A DNA stretch of 64,000 nucleotides from assembly GCA_047967505.1 (NCBI GenBank), contig CM106538.1. The stretch is one strand, 5' to 3'. How positions within the stretch are numbered: the first letter of the stretch is position 1; each line of letters begins with the position of its first letter. Position numbers and translations under genes: made by a program. This DNA is from Dipteris shenzhenensis. Lineage: Eukaryota. The notes below the pieces were generated by a model. The model made no database searches, was not told where the DNA came from, and worked only from the letters and a program-made list of their open reading frames with translations. Below are positions 41,587 through 55,400 of the stretch, one piece after another.

Positions 41587-42692
41587 TCATTGCAAAATAT
41601 GCTCTTTCACATAAGCTCTTAACTCTGCACCACATCGTGCAGGACGAGTTTGAAGCATCCCCTCTACATTTAAAAAGCCCTGCCAAAGCATTGTATACCT
41701 ACAAAAGGTCCAAGGGATGGGCAACAATAGGCTCCCTATGCTAGCATTGTCTCTTGGCTCTGAGCTTGCCAGAGCTGGGGACAAGCGTTGATATCACCAG
41801 TTACGAGATAGGGTTGCACACAAAGACAAATTCATTTCATTCTAGTACAGACTAGATGCCACCCATCCAAGCGAGGAGAGAAGCAGGTCATCAGATTAGA
41901 TCTCTTCCAGCTACACATCTCCAAGATTTGGAGCAAGTTAGCTATGCTTCTCAGAGAGCCCAAGTTCTACAAATATATAGTTCTCCAGATCAGACACCAG
42001 TCTTCACTGCTGCCATTTGGTGCATCCCAATGTCATGTTGATGCTTTTGGTAGAGCAAGTCCCTCTAGCACTTATATCTCAGCTCTATTTCAGCACAATA
42101 CCCACCCATGAGAGAATTTGCCCTCAATTTCAATCAGACAGGAGGCACTACAGGGTGCCAACAAACTAAGGTTGGGTTACCAGTGCCTTACTTCAGTCGG
42201 AAAGAAGCTCCCTCCTTTGTAATAAGCTCACATCGCTTCTTCACTCTAACCCTTTGAAGTGCATGGCCTGAAGCTTCAGCATCGGTTTTGAAAATGCAGC
42301 TGAGTCTAGCACTTGGATGAAAAACCTCAAATACCTATGAGCGACGCCTCGTTCTTCAAACCTTTGAAAAGAAAAAGGGTTAGAGACGTAATCAAACGGT
42401 CATTCCCATGGTTTGCAGTCCAATACATTGCCAGTAGAACACTCCTCGTTTCCAGAAAATGAATGTAACTTCTTATTAGCTGAATTCTCAGGTACTCCAC
42501 CGATTCCAAATCAGGGTTGGAAAAGAATGAACCGGGCGAATTAACCCACAGAGAGCCTACACCATCTCAAATGCAGTTTGGCAGATTTATGTGGAAGGAC
42601 GCCATATGCCCAATATGCACATGGATTTGCGGGGCGAGTGGACATTGACGCTCCCTTGTCAAATCTGCACCATGCTTACATGGGCCTGCCAT
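41587..42692 (-). CDS. Candidate four-exon gene of unknown function (122 aa)
   Basis: Manual model with exons 42692-42680, 42556-42427, 42305-42192 and 41698-41587. All introns GT-AG (two GTAAG donors), phases consistent, 369 nt ending in TGA. No recognised homology. Confidence 0.35.
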
Positions 42693-45600
42693 ATGAGGTC
42701 AAGGATAACTTGTCTTTCTTGCATTATGGCAGGGGCCGGGCAAGCTTGGAAGAGTGTGGTAGACACTGGATATATGGAAAAGCAATGACTGCTCCCAACC
42801 ATAGTCACAACAAAATCCGTTTCTTTGTGAACAAAATTCAAAACATTTTTTTTCACCAAGAAACGTCTGCAAATTATTACAGATAAGATTTTAGGGGTTA
42901 TTCAAAGCCTCGTCGATTTAGGTGCCCTGGCATGTATGGTATATACATTATTGTTGACAATTGCCTACTGGAGGATAAACCTGATGGCCGGCTGGCTGCT
43001 GATCATTTCTGTTCAAAGTTTATGCAATTGGCTCACAATTACTCATGAGTCTGTGATATTTGAATTTCTTGTTGGTGAATAGATTTCATGGGCCATGTCC
43101 ATTGACATTTAAGAGGTTTAGAGTAAAGTAGGAATTAGAATTTCACAATATATATTTCATACTTTAATGCTTTGTATGCCATTGTCAAGGGCATTATTAT
43201 GGAAAATTCTACATGTTAAGCATCATTTGAACATACTATATATATGTGAGACATATTATACACATTTTTGGCACCAAAGAGTACAACCACGCATTTCAAA
43301 ACTTTTGAAACATTTTACGTTTCTACGTTTTGAAACGTTTTTTGTGACTATGCTCCCATGTAGACAAAACAGGACAGTAAGGTATGAAGAAATGTGCAAA
43401 GTAGACTTCATGGAGACATGCAAGGGCTATGTGATTGTGAAGCTTCTTGATGATGGGCATGCTACGTGGGATCAACACCTACATGACCGAGAATGTGCCA
43501 CAACATCTAGGGCAAGGAACTATCCTACTTTTTCTCTTGAGAGGTATTATATAAGTACAATGCTCTCATGTGCAATGTATCATTTGATGTGACTCCTTCC
43601 TAACCTGTGCTCAGCTCTCTTGCTTCCTTCACCTTGCTTCTTCCGGCAGCTTGCTTCTTCTGGCAGACAAGACGGCAATACTTGCCGATCGTCTCTGGCT
43701 CACTCAAAAGGTTATGCTTGGTCTCAAATCTCAGTTGGTGGTGGAGAGCTTAACACTCATCATCATGCTAGCTATTGCAGGGTATAGAGCCAAGATGCGG
43801 TGGGTGAGTGGAACGAGTGGTGTGTGTGAAGGCGTGAAGGGTGGTTTCATGGAGCAAGCGAGTGATCCAAGCCACCTAATCCTTATATGGTCAATATATG
43901 TGAGCAGTGCGGAAAGGCATGTGCAATATATGGGTGAGAGGCTATGGTCGAAGTGTATATCGTAATAAGTGGTGTGAGTGGGCGGTGCCGTGGATTGAGT
44001 TGTGACGCGAGGGATGGATATACTAAAAAAGTGAAAAGTATCATCTCCTACAGGGGGTGCTAAGACTGAAAAATTGGTGACGTGTGAAGTGAACACAAGG
44101 AATCCCATGAGGTAGTCAACTACGCTAAAGCCCCCCATGTGCAAAACAAGTGAAGCCACTTGAGGAGGGCCATGGATCTAGACCATTGTAGATAATAAGA
44201 TCATGTATCCTAACCATATCTAGGAATGCTTATAATCTATCTCATCTAGATCGACATCTGGTAACAAGGAGAGCTTCCCTTTGGAGATCCATGATCTCCG
44301 GGAATAGGTTTGTGTATGGTGAAGCCTCGGCCTCCTCTTGTAGGTCTTTAGTAGAAATGAGATGTCTCAAGGAGGAAGTACCATACTGCTATGAATAATC
44401 GTGAGGTGCACCGGATCCAAATCCATAGAAATCTAGAGTGTGTGTCCCACCTCTCAATTGAGATCGGCCCAATTAGGGATGATCTGTATCATAGTGCCAC
44501 TCCTCCTGATCCTCGTACTCCACGCCTCTCCCTAGTCTCATCCATATATGATGTCTCCCATGTGTATCCACTAACCACTCATAAAGACGCTTTGGGGTCC
44601 GGTGTGTCTCTTTATAAAAGGCTATGTCTCGTCTTGTGTAAGGCTCCCAGAAATTCCCTAGCTCTAACCATAAGGTGCCATTGCAGTTCCAAACCAATCA
44701 TGAGTCATTGCCCACTTCCCCTCCTTGCGGGCCACGTCCACTTGTTGTATCAAGGTACATCTCTCCTCCACCTGCAAGGGTGTGAGGTCCTCATCCGTAG
44801 ATATCTCAAGTGGTCAAGTAGGGCCGATCGGTGATGCACAGTTGCAAGACAAGAATGTGCGTCCGTGAAGTGAATGAAGAGAGGTTTCTCTCAATTGGGA
44901 TCCCTCCCTATGTGTTAGGCCCCTCAATCACATGCTTTGGCATTACGAGAGATTTGGGGTAAAAAAGGGCCTCATAAGGAAATGATTAAGGAATGGGTAA
45001 CCCCCTTCATTCAAGCGGAAATTTGGAGTAGTAAGGTGTATTAAATGCAAAATTTACTATTATGGCAACGTGGCTAAGCCGTTGGATCATGCTCTTCATC
45101 TAAGGGCTCCCAAGCTGTGGATTTTTTGAAACCATCGATCACGCTCTTCATCTAATGGCTCACATGAGTCACCCATTGTAAGCCATTAGATCTACATAAG
45201 ATCTAATGGTCGAAGAGCAAACTGTGGGCGGCTTGAGGCATTTATTGCACACTGAGCGCCGATTATTGGCCATAGGATTGGATTTCAAATCAATCGTCAT
45301 CGCGCAGCACCACTTCATGGCCATTAGATCTACTTTAGATCTAATGGCCCCAAATAAAAGCCTTGGGAGCCACTTCATGGCCCTAATGGCCCCAATTGAA
45401 ACCTTCAGGCATGAATCTCCCGATCATTATTGCCCCCCCTACGCATTCGCAACTGTAGATCAAATCTAGATCCAAGAGTCCATGGTTGACGCCTCTTCTG
45501 GATCGTTGGATTCCCCATCTCCAATCCAAGGACGCACAATACGTGCCACTTGTGCAGCCTTGGATCAAGATCCCATCAAAGGGCTCTACTTAAACATGCA

Positions 45601-46624
45601 AGCCATCATAATATCCATTTGCCACATCCCACGAAATTCCATTTGAGTCGTTGGATCCAGAAAGGATCCAACGTCACATAGCCTTTTAACCTCCCACCAT
45701 TGGATCGACTTTGGTCCAACCATCAAAAAAAGTCCACGAAATAAGCCAAGGGTAGAAACCCCTTTACTTAGATAGCTTGAGGGATAAGTGGTAGGGTGGT
45801 AGGTCTCTCCACCAATGAGAAGCCTTTGTGTTTCCTACAAATATTAAATGTTGGAGCCTCCTCATTGGTGAATCACTAATTTTTTTATTAGAGCATGATT
45901 TAGCTCCTTAAGTAAAGGGCCCTTTTTGACTCCAAATCTCCCTTAATGAACCACTAAGGTGGCGACCACAAAACTGGCTATATCATCAATGGGTGTGGTA
46001 GCTGTGCGAGGGATCCCTCCAACTCTGATGTTGGAGCCTGATTGGCTCTTTGCTGCTGTCCCAAGATGGTGGCCGAATCGGTGGCCTTTGCAAGCTCCCG
46101 TTTTGTGACGCCCACTTGTCTAGATGTCTCTGCAATAGCCGATTGCATGGTGGCTATCAAGACCTGTACTATTGAAGCACTGCTTTAGCGGTCGCTAAGG
46201 CCGCCATCTCCTTATGGAGCTGGGATATATCCTGTCCTAGACTCTGACACAGGCATGCTCCTATATGTTGCGAGATTGCGTCTATGTGAAACGAGCCATA
46301 TCCATCTCAAGTGTACGTAGGCAATGAACTCAATACCACAGAGAGAGAGAGAGAGAAGAGATACACTGAAACCTTAAGCAAACCTCATACTCAACTTTTG
46401 TAGTCGAATTGCAGCTCCTAGGTTAATTGGCACTTGGAAAAATGCATCCCAGAACTGGCTTTAATTCAAATCATAACAAGGTGAGATAATCCACAACACC
46501 ATGGATCAAATCGCACTTGGAGAAGAGTCCGTTTGGAAGCTGGAAACTTGGAACAGCTAGCAAGAAATTCAACGATGGGCCTGGGAAAGAATTCGCTATG
46601 GAGAGAGAATGTGGGAGAAGAGGA

Positions 46625-46658
<34 letters not shown>

Positions 46659-46929
46659 ACAGCACTAGGGGCTAGAAATAAGGGCTGGCCCCCCTAGGTC
46701 TTTATTACAATAGAAATCTCTTTTACAAGACGGAGCAGAGTCTGGGTACAATTCTCAATACATATGAGAGCCTAGAGGCCCTAAATTTATAGACTAGGGT
46801 GGGTAGCTAGAAAGGACTTGCTGCTGTCCTCCCCCCTTTCCAAAAGCTAGAGATTTCTTGGCTTTCTTTAGAGCTTTTCTTCAAAAAGGGCGCTTTCTTC
46901 TAGAAGTGGGACATCTTTAATGCCTTTAG

Positions 46930-49385
46930 TCCATAGGACCATTACAATTGGGCATCTTATGTCCAAGATTTACGCATCGGTACTCAACACATAGGTAAGC
47001 CAGCCTAAACAGATGCACGGACTCAAGGTTGAGGGAACCACTTGATGTCAACGCGATCATGGGACTCTAGATTACATACTCACACTCAAGGGTGTCATTG
47101 AGGAGGCCAAGTCACGAAGACAGGGGATCTATTGCTGCTTTGTGGATTTCCGCGAAGCCTTTGATATAGTGCCGAAACCTCACCTCAGGAGGTTATCTGG
47201 GCCATTATGGAACTCTGCAAGAGGGTTTCAGCCAAGGTTCGGACCAGTGGAGGGTGAACACAAGAATCTTGAGCACTATTGGAGTCAAACGAAGTTCTCC
47301 GTTGTCATCTACCTTGCTTAGCCTCTTCATAGAAAAGCTTGAGATTTTCATGGGGACACTAGGGGGGTCCAATTGCTCTCATTGGTTCTTTGATTCAGAC
47401 CCTCTTATATGCAGATGATGTGGTCTTGCTCTCATCCTCAGTGGAGGGCCTCCAGAGACACTTGGATGCACTGCACACCCTGTGAGTCACAAAAATTGAA
47501 GGTCAACCTTGGTTAAACTAAGGTTATGATCTTCAACACATCCCAAGCAACCATGCATAGAGAGTTGTTCAAGCTAGATAGGTTACCAGTGGAGGTCATT
47601 TCATCATACGCACACCTGAGTGTTCTTTTCTCTAGCCCGATTTTCACAATGCAATAGGTGATGAAGGCTTGACCGAGCAGGGGATGTGCCGTACTTGCCC
47701 GATTAGAGCGAAAATGCTTCCATTCCCACTTCCAGGATCCCCGAACCAAATCTCTTCTCTTTGATTCCTTGGTCCGCCCAACAAGCATGTATTGCAGCCC
47801 TTCTTGGGGGCCTAATTTGTTAGAGGCAGATTGGGCCCGAGTAGAGTAGCTCCAAGTTCTCTTGCTGTCATGGATGATCAGCAATAGTCATCGGTCCCAC
47901 TCTTCTGGCTGAGTTTAATGCATCTCCACTGCAACTTGATGCAGCATTTCAAGTCATCACATACCTTTACCAAGTCAAGGAGTATGGCTCCTGTACCTCA
48001 CGATAGCGTAGACTACCGTCAATGACACAACCTTCTTCCATGACCTTAGTAGCCGAGGGCGATCAGAGATGTTGAGAGTTTGGTGCTCCACATGGACAGA
48101 TTATCCCCTTTCTAGAATAGCATTGAGGCTTTTTCGATCCCACTCACATATCATGAGGTCAACCAGATTATCTGCAAGGACCTTCTACAACTACACGTTC
48201 ACGACCCAAGGAGCTTCCAATGAAGCTCAGTTTCTATAGGGACCACTGCTTACAGATTACAAATGAGGGCTTCATTGAGACCGGATCCACCTCCCATATC
48301 TGTTGAGGATATTGATCCATGACCTTAGTAGCCAAGGGCGAGCTGGGGCTCCACATGGATAGATTATCCCCTTTCTAGAATGGCATCGAGGCTTCTTCAA
48401 TCCCACTCACATATCACAAGGTCAACCAGATTATCTCCGAGTACCTTCTACAACTACACGTTCACGACCCAAGGAGCTTCCAATGAAGCTCAGTTTCTAT
48501 AGGGACCACTGCTTACAGATTACAAATGAGGGCTTCATTGAGACCGGATCCACCTCCCATATTTGTTGAGGATATTGATCAGGCAGTTTTGTGTCTCATC
48601 ACAGCAGTGACTCCGTATTAAGAGTGGATGGGCTAAGGGCATACCAAGCGAGAGCCGCATCTACACCTTATGTGATCAATAAGAGATCGACATTTCAGTT
48701 TGAGGTGCCTTGTATATTATGAGATCCAAGGTCATTGTCGTTGTCGTCTCTTCAGGGATGGCACCGTACCCCTCTCAGGCTTCCTTTCTTACCCAGTTCG
48801 GAGATGCCTAGCTGTCTTCATCCATGAGGCCATCAGGCACAAAGAGCACTTGCTCAAGATACATAGGCGGGACCAAGGCACACAAACAAACTATATAGAG
48901 CATGACCACACTCCAGCCAAATCATACGGACCAGTAGATCACGGTTGGTTGACAAGGCCAAGATCCAAAGCCAATGACACAACAAACTCAACAAAGGGTT
49001 GACGCACAGATCATGCTTAGAGATCTCCTCTCCATGTTCACTAGACTGGGGGCACAACCGATAGGGGTTCTAGTGGCATTTGTGAGACACAGAACCACTG
49101 CTAGGAGACCACAGTGGGACACACACAAATTGTCGTCAACGCCCTATCACAAGTTTCATGTCATCGCAGCCTCAATCATCATCGGGCTCTCCTTGAGCTT
49201 TCACCCTGGCCACAGGCTCAAATTTCTCTAACGTATTAGATTTGATATTATATGATTATGTTGTATTCATTGTGGGTGATGATACCCAAGTAGAGGCTCC
49301 ACCCTTTCAGCTCAATGTATCAGGCTTCACAGACCCTTCAGACTTTCAATGACTTTTAATAAATTTTCTTTCTTTCTTTCTTTCT
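46930..49385 (+). mobile_element. RTE/RTEX-like LINE (5'-truncated, decayed)
   Basis: RTITIGHLMSKIYA, YCCFVDFREAFD, LLYADDVVLLS, LKVNLG*TKVMIFN; ends AATAAA-(CTTT)n. Internal duplication ~48036-48315/48316-48580. Confidence 0.88.
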
Positions 49386-49528
49386 CCCCCCACTTCTTGT
49401 CCTCTCTCTCTACCCCTTTTCTTATCAGGCTTCACAGACCCTTCAGACTTTCAATGACTTTTAATAAATTTTCTTTCTTTCTTTCTTTCTCCCCCCACTT
49501 CTTGTCCTCTCTCTCTACCCCTTTTCTT
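49318..49528. repeat. Perfect 105-bp tandem duplication spanning the LINE 3' end and flank
   Basis: tatcaggcttcacagacccttcag...ctctacccctttt present twice (49318 and 49423). Confidence 0.92.
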
Positions 49529-50915
49529 CACTTCTCACTCCTCCCAGTCCCTCTCTCTAATTCTGCCCTCTTCTTCAAATCTGCCATGCCTCCTTTAGGC
49601 TTTCTTACAGATGGCCAGCCAGGCCAGCACATGGTGGGTACGTCCATGGTTTATGTTGGAGATGACCAAGGAGATGGAGACTATGCAGATGATGGAGATG
49701 ATGGAGAGGAGCAATGACCACAATGCTGCAGATTTAGATTGACGTGGACAATGCTGAGTGGGTCACATCGATCATGCCACCGTGCATTACGCATGTAGCT
49801 TTCTAGGAGGTCTCCTTTTCTTCTCTCCAAGACTCAAGTTGATCTCAAATGCTTGTCTCTTATAGACTTTCCTTTAGTATGCTAGTTGGTACACTATAAT
49901 CTGTTATCAATGATCATTTATGATTCATCTATAATCAAGACTTTGTTTATGTCCTGACTCCACATTTGGTCCAAAAGCAATTGTAGCTTGTTTTAAGTTG
50001 TGAATTCAGTGACAAATTTTCTTAAATTAGTGTGTGTTGATCAAGATGATGATGTGGGCTTCCCTTCTCGTTCCCTAGGATTTCCCATTCCCGTTTCCCA
50101 CGGGTCTGTTATTCTGTTGTACCCCAAAATATTGCTACATGCACACACGCTTTTCAAGCACATTGCATGCAATCATTAAATTTGCATGTGAACTGAAGAT
50201 AACTTGCATGTCCCTATTTTTAGGCACCAGTCTCTAAAACCTCCCGCATGATCTCGTCGATTGCCTCTTTTATGGAGATAATAAAATTAGCCAATGATAC
50301 AAGCTAAGTGTACAAAGAAAGCCTCTGCTGCATGACAATCATCAATTTTATACACTTGCAAAAACTTTACGAAAAGCATAGTGTGTAGCAACATACTTGT
50401 TTGATAATAAATGGTTCCCCTATTACCGTCAAAGGTTCTGTACCAATAGTGAGAAGACCATTCTTGTTACCATAGACAACGTCGGTGAAATGTCGATCAC
50501 CCACCTACAAAACTTAATCAAAACTTATCAAATAATGAACAAACTTAGATATGCGACTTTGACTTTATAATCCAGAAGGACGAGAAGACAAAAACTCATT
50601 CTCTTCAAGACAATAATCTGTTTTTCCTAACCTTACAAGTATCCAAAACAGTTTCATTGCATATGAAACATTTTGTATGCAACAAAAGCACCACCTTGGA
50701 TCTCCTAATTTCTTTTTTTCCTTATTTACATTTTAAATAGGGGGCACGAGGGGGGAGGGCATGAGAGATTTTGTGTATCAGTCTTCTAAGCACACTATAT
50801 ATACAATGTTGGACTGTGGAGCTTCAAGATTACTTTGACTCATTGTCTGAATTTGCAAGCCAACTTTGTGAGATTTAAACACATTTTTAAATTCCCTAGG
50901 CCTACCATATATGAG

Positions 50916-52384
50916 TGTCACGGGGATGTGGTGGTGATGGTGAAGTGTCCAAACTAACTCTCACTGAATTTAGCCTAGGGTACCAGGCTAGGGGCCTTAA
51001 TTAATGCCCAAAAAATAACTATGATTTCATGTGCAATAAGTGCAACTCCTAGTGCTATTAGAGTGGTTTCAATTTCTAAGGTCATTGGTTTGGTTCAGTG
51101 GGGTCATCCTTTAAAAATTGATCCCCTAGAGATCCTCCAAACTAGGAAAATTGGTTCCCAAGCATTAGGGTCATGGTGTGCCATCTGACTCCCCTAGGGG
51201 CATTAAATTCCCACACCTCATTTTGCTAGGTGTCTGTGTGTGGAGCTAGTGTGGCCTCTCTGCTTGCCTTGTGGCACCTAGGTGTCACCCCTGGAAGCCC
51301 CTGGAAGGTCTTGGAGCCCTTCCTTTCCTTTCCTTTCCATGCTGTTTTAAGTCTTCAGTCCCTCATTCTGAAGATGGCCGATTTTTGCAGCCTCCCTCTT
51401 GCTGGCTGAAGTCGATTTTCAAGCTTTCTTCGCGATAGTTCTCCTCCCCTTGGTGCTCTCTGTTGCTGGCATGCTTCTTGGACCTGGACGCCTCCATTCA
51501 AGGCCATTTCTAGAGCTTTTCTCGACTTTCTTCGCGACAAAAGTCTTCCTTTCTTGCATTTGGACACCTCACTTCCTGCTCCTGCCTGGTGCAAGACGCA
51601 CTGAGAACGGAGGTGCTAGTGGGCTAGAATCTCCATTCTGGTGGTCGCAATCATGGTGGATCTGTTTCAGCTTGCTGAACCCTCTCTTTCTTGATCTCTT
51701 CTGGTGCTAAAAGTCAGTCATAGGCAGCTCCCTCCTACCAGAGTCTGTTGTCTGCTGTTCAACCAACTTCTGGGGCTGTTCCGGGCTGAAACAGGCTCTT
51801 CCTGTTGGCTGATTCCTATTCTTCTTCTTCTGCTCTATGCTACTATCATTCTTACTGGGATTCTCCAAGGTTGAATGCCTTGCCATTGGCCCGGAAGAGG
51901 ATTGGGGCACTGATTGTGATACTCTCTTCCTGCAGGTGCAGTGGCAACAAGCCTTGGGCTCATTAATGGCTTTGATATATGTGAATGCATTGCTTGGCAT
52001 GCTGTCAGGTTGTTCTGCTTGTGTTATGCTTGGCTGTTGAAAGGAACCAAGAGAATAGCACTGGGAGTTGATCACTGGCACAGCCACGAGTTGGGATTGT
52101 ACTGGGTTGCACCTGCGGGTGAGCCCTTGAAGGGAGTCCCTTGTATTTCAGCTAACCATTAATTAAATAAATACCGCAAGGGGTGCCAAGTGTCACTTTT
52201 CATGCTTTTGAGTAGGGGCATTCTAGCCTCCCTTGTCTTAAATGGTTCAGTGATGCTATGCTGTGAAGTTATATGCTCGAAGTTTTGTTTGTGGGCAATG
52301 GCAATGGTTCAAGTTGGCTGTATTCAGATTGGTGAGATAATAGAGTCAATTTCACGGCCCTTTGTCGGTCAAAGGCCGGTTACA
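50916..52384 (+). mobile_element. 5' LTR of a Ty3/gypsy element
   Basis: Starts TGTCACGGGG and ends AGGCCGGTTACA, followed by a PBS. Termini and internal blocks are shared with the solo LTR at 61672-63272. Confidence 0.85.
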
Positions 52385-52385
52385 G

Positions 52386-52402
52386 TGGTTCCGTTGCCGG
52401 GA
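52386..52402 (+). promoter_or_regulatory. Primer-binding site, tRNA-Glu-like
   Basis: TGGTTCCGTTGCCGGGA is complementary to ...UCCCGGCAACGGAACCA-3', which I recall as a plant tRNA-Glu 3' end. Confidence 0.7.
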
Positions 52403-52465
52403 CACTCATTAAATCATCTAGAGGAGTCCCTGGGCAGCTTGGGTAGAGAAAGCATTTGCTGATTT

Positions 52466-55400
52466 TTGGTACAGCCATCCATTGTTTTGGATATGGAGCA
52501 TGTAAGGCTTGATTATGATGTAGACTCAAGGTCTGAGCCAGAGCTGCAGATAAGGGGAGCACACCCCACAATAAGAGTGCAAGATGCAGCCCATGAAGGG
52601 AAGAATATTCAGGGGGATGCATTGGGGCAGCCAGCTCCACAAGTGCATAATCCTGTGGGTACAGTTGCATTGGGTGTTGGCCCTAGTGTACAGCAAAATG
52701 CTATAGCAGTAATGCAAACACAGATGGCTTCTATGTTGCAAGTTTTGACTCAGCTCACTCAGAGTTTTGCTGAGATTGTGCATAATCCAGCTTTGATGCC
52801 GAGGGCAGAGGCATAGCCCATTCAGGGTCCACAAATGCATGTGGGACAGCCACTACCAGAGCCACAGACACCAGTGGTACAGCCACTTGCAGTGCCACAG
52901 AGGCAGGGACCAAATGGGAATGAGCATGGTAGCAATGCTCAGAATGTGCAGCAAGGGCAGCAAGCCCAACCATGGTATGTGGTTCAGCCAACACACTTTG
53001 GAGGAGGATCTATATTTCAGGCCATGACTTCACAGCCAGCCCCAAATTCTTGGTATGCTAATGTGGGGATACAGCCTGGAATCCAGGGAGGCAGTCCCAT
53101 GGTGTCACACACTCAGGAAGTACCACCTGTGCCACCAAACCCAGCTGTGGGGGGTGCTCTTCAAGCTCTAGAAGGACCCCAAGAACAGCAGCCTCTTTCT
53201 TTGCAGCCCTCTGGCTATGATCATCTGGAGCCCAAGCTTAAGATGAAGGATTACAAGGAAGGGGGGGCAGCAGTGAAGTTTGAGACCTTCAATGGACATG
53301 CAGATAGGATGAAGGCTCTTACTTTCTTGCAGCAACTTGAACTGGCTTTTGCTGGAGGTTACTTCAGAGAGTCCTCGAAAATTAGGAAGGCAGCCACATT
53401 TCTCAAGGGTAATGCTCAGCCACATGGCTCACCACTACTTTTGAAGTGGATGTCATGACTCGGTGGCATAACTTGAATGCTAGGGAATGCAAGAATCTAG
53501 AAGACTACAACAAGAGGTTTTGGGATGCACTTCCCTGTGAGCTCTTACAGAACGGTCCCCTTTACTGAGCAGGTTGAAAAGTATTGTTGTGGTCTTCCCA
53601 AAAAGCTCAGGGACTATTGTACTAAGACACACATTTCCAGTAAGAGCTGAGGGAATGCAAGAATCTAGAAGACTACAACAAGAAGTTTTGGGATGCACTT
53701 TATCTGTGAGCTCTTACAGAACAGTCCCCTTTACTGAGCAGGTTGAAAAGTATTGTTGTGGTCTTCCCAAAGAGCTAAGGGACTATTGTACTAAGACACA
53801 CATTTCCAGCATGTCACAGTTAATAGAGAATTCCAACACATCTTACTCACTCATGCAGGGCAAAGTGTCCGGTTTCAAAAGCAACTTCAAGGAAGAGCCA
53901 AAGAAACCACAGCAAGCTGGAAAAGTCCCTCTTAAATCAAAGTTTTGGGCAGGTCAAAGAAGACAACAGCAGCCCTCTTCTCTCACTCTTGAAGAGAGGA
54001 ATAAATTGTTTGCTGAAGGGAGGTGTTTTCTCTGCAAAGAGACCAGTCATAGGGCAGCAGATTGTCCTAACAAGAAGAGGAAAGAACCTGCAGCAACTCG
54101 GGCTGACTCTAATCAAGGCACAAGAGAGGACCCTAGAGGCAAGAAACCCAAGCCAAGTACTCGCCACATTCCTGACATCATTGGGGGTGAGCATGATGAG
54201 AAGATAACAGAGATATACAGAGCATGGGGCAAGCTACGGGATCAGCATTGTCTGTACTTCTTTGACTCAGGAGACAAAGCAAATTTCATTACTCCTGAAC
54301 TTGCAGCTCAGTTGGGTCTTCGACCAGAGGAGATTGGCTCTCTTTATCAGGCCAACATAGCTAATCCGGAGCATAGTGCCCCTCTCACTCCTATCATAGG
54401 AAAGCTACGGATTCACATTCAGGGATATGTGGACTATGATGATTTCTATGTGATGCCTTTACCTGAGTGTGATGTTTTGCTGGGGATGCCTTGGATGTAC
54501 TGTGTTCATGCTATCATTGATACACATGATAAGAAGCTTACCTTGACTTATAGGGGTAAAACCCAAGTCAAAGAAAAAGAACCAATAGAGGATGAATCTA
54601 ATTTCTTCAAGCTGGAAAAACAGCAAACTGAGTTTTTATTTCAGTTTCAAGATTTTTTTTCAAATGAACTCCCAGAGGAGTTACCTCCTGAGAGGCCAGA
54701 AGATCATACCATTGATATCATTCCTGGCAGTTCTCCACCGAACCGACCACCATACAGGGTGAGTGTGGCATAGCAAGAGGAGATCATGTGTCTGTCAGGT
54801 GAATAAATTGTTACACAAGAGGCTGATTCATCCAAGCTCTTCTCCATACTGTTCTCCCGTCCTACTTGTGTAGAAGAAGGATGGATCTTGGAGAATGTGT
54901 ATTGATTACAGGGCTTTGAATAAGATCTCTATCAAGAATCAATTTCCTATTCCACGCATTGATGACATCTTGGATCGATTAGAGGGATCAACCATCTTCA
55001 GTCGCATTGGCTTGAAGAGTGGTTACCATCATATATGAATCAAGCCTGAAGATGTACATAAGACTACCTTCAGGACCACTTTTGGGCTTTATGAGTTTCT
55101 TGTCATGCCACTTGGTTTGACTAATGCTCCTGCTACCTTCAATCGCATGATGGATTGCATTTTCAAAAAGCACAAGAAGTTTGTGGGTACATTCTTTGAT
55201 GACATTATTGTGCACTCGAAAGATGAAGAGGAGCATAGGCAACACTTGGCAATTGTATTTACAGAACTCAAGAAACACAACTTGCTGGTCAACACAAAGA
55301 AGAGAGTCATGCCAAAGATACATTTCCTTGGGACACATCATCTCACGAGATGGAGTGAGGATGGACCTTGCCAAGATTGAGGCAATCAAGAATTGGCCTC

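Noticed and set aside
43167-46930. Several 60-150 aa ORFs
   Set aside because: No motifs. The region looks like LTR or leader sequence of decayed retroelements whose boundaries I could not establish.
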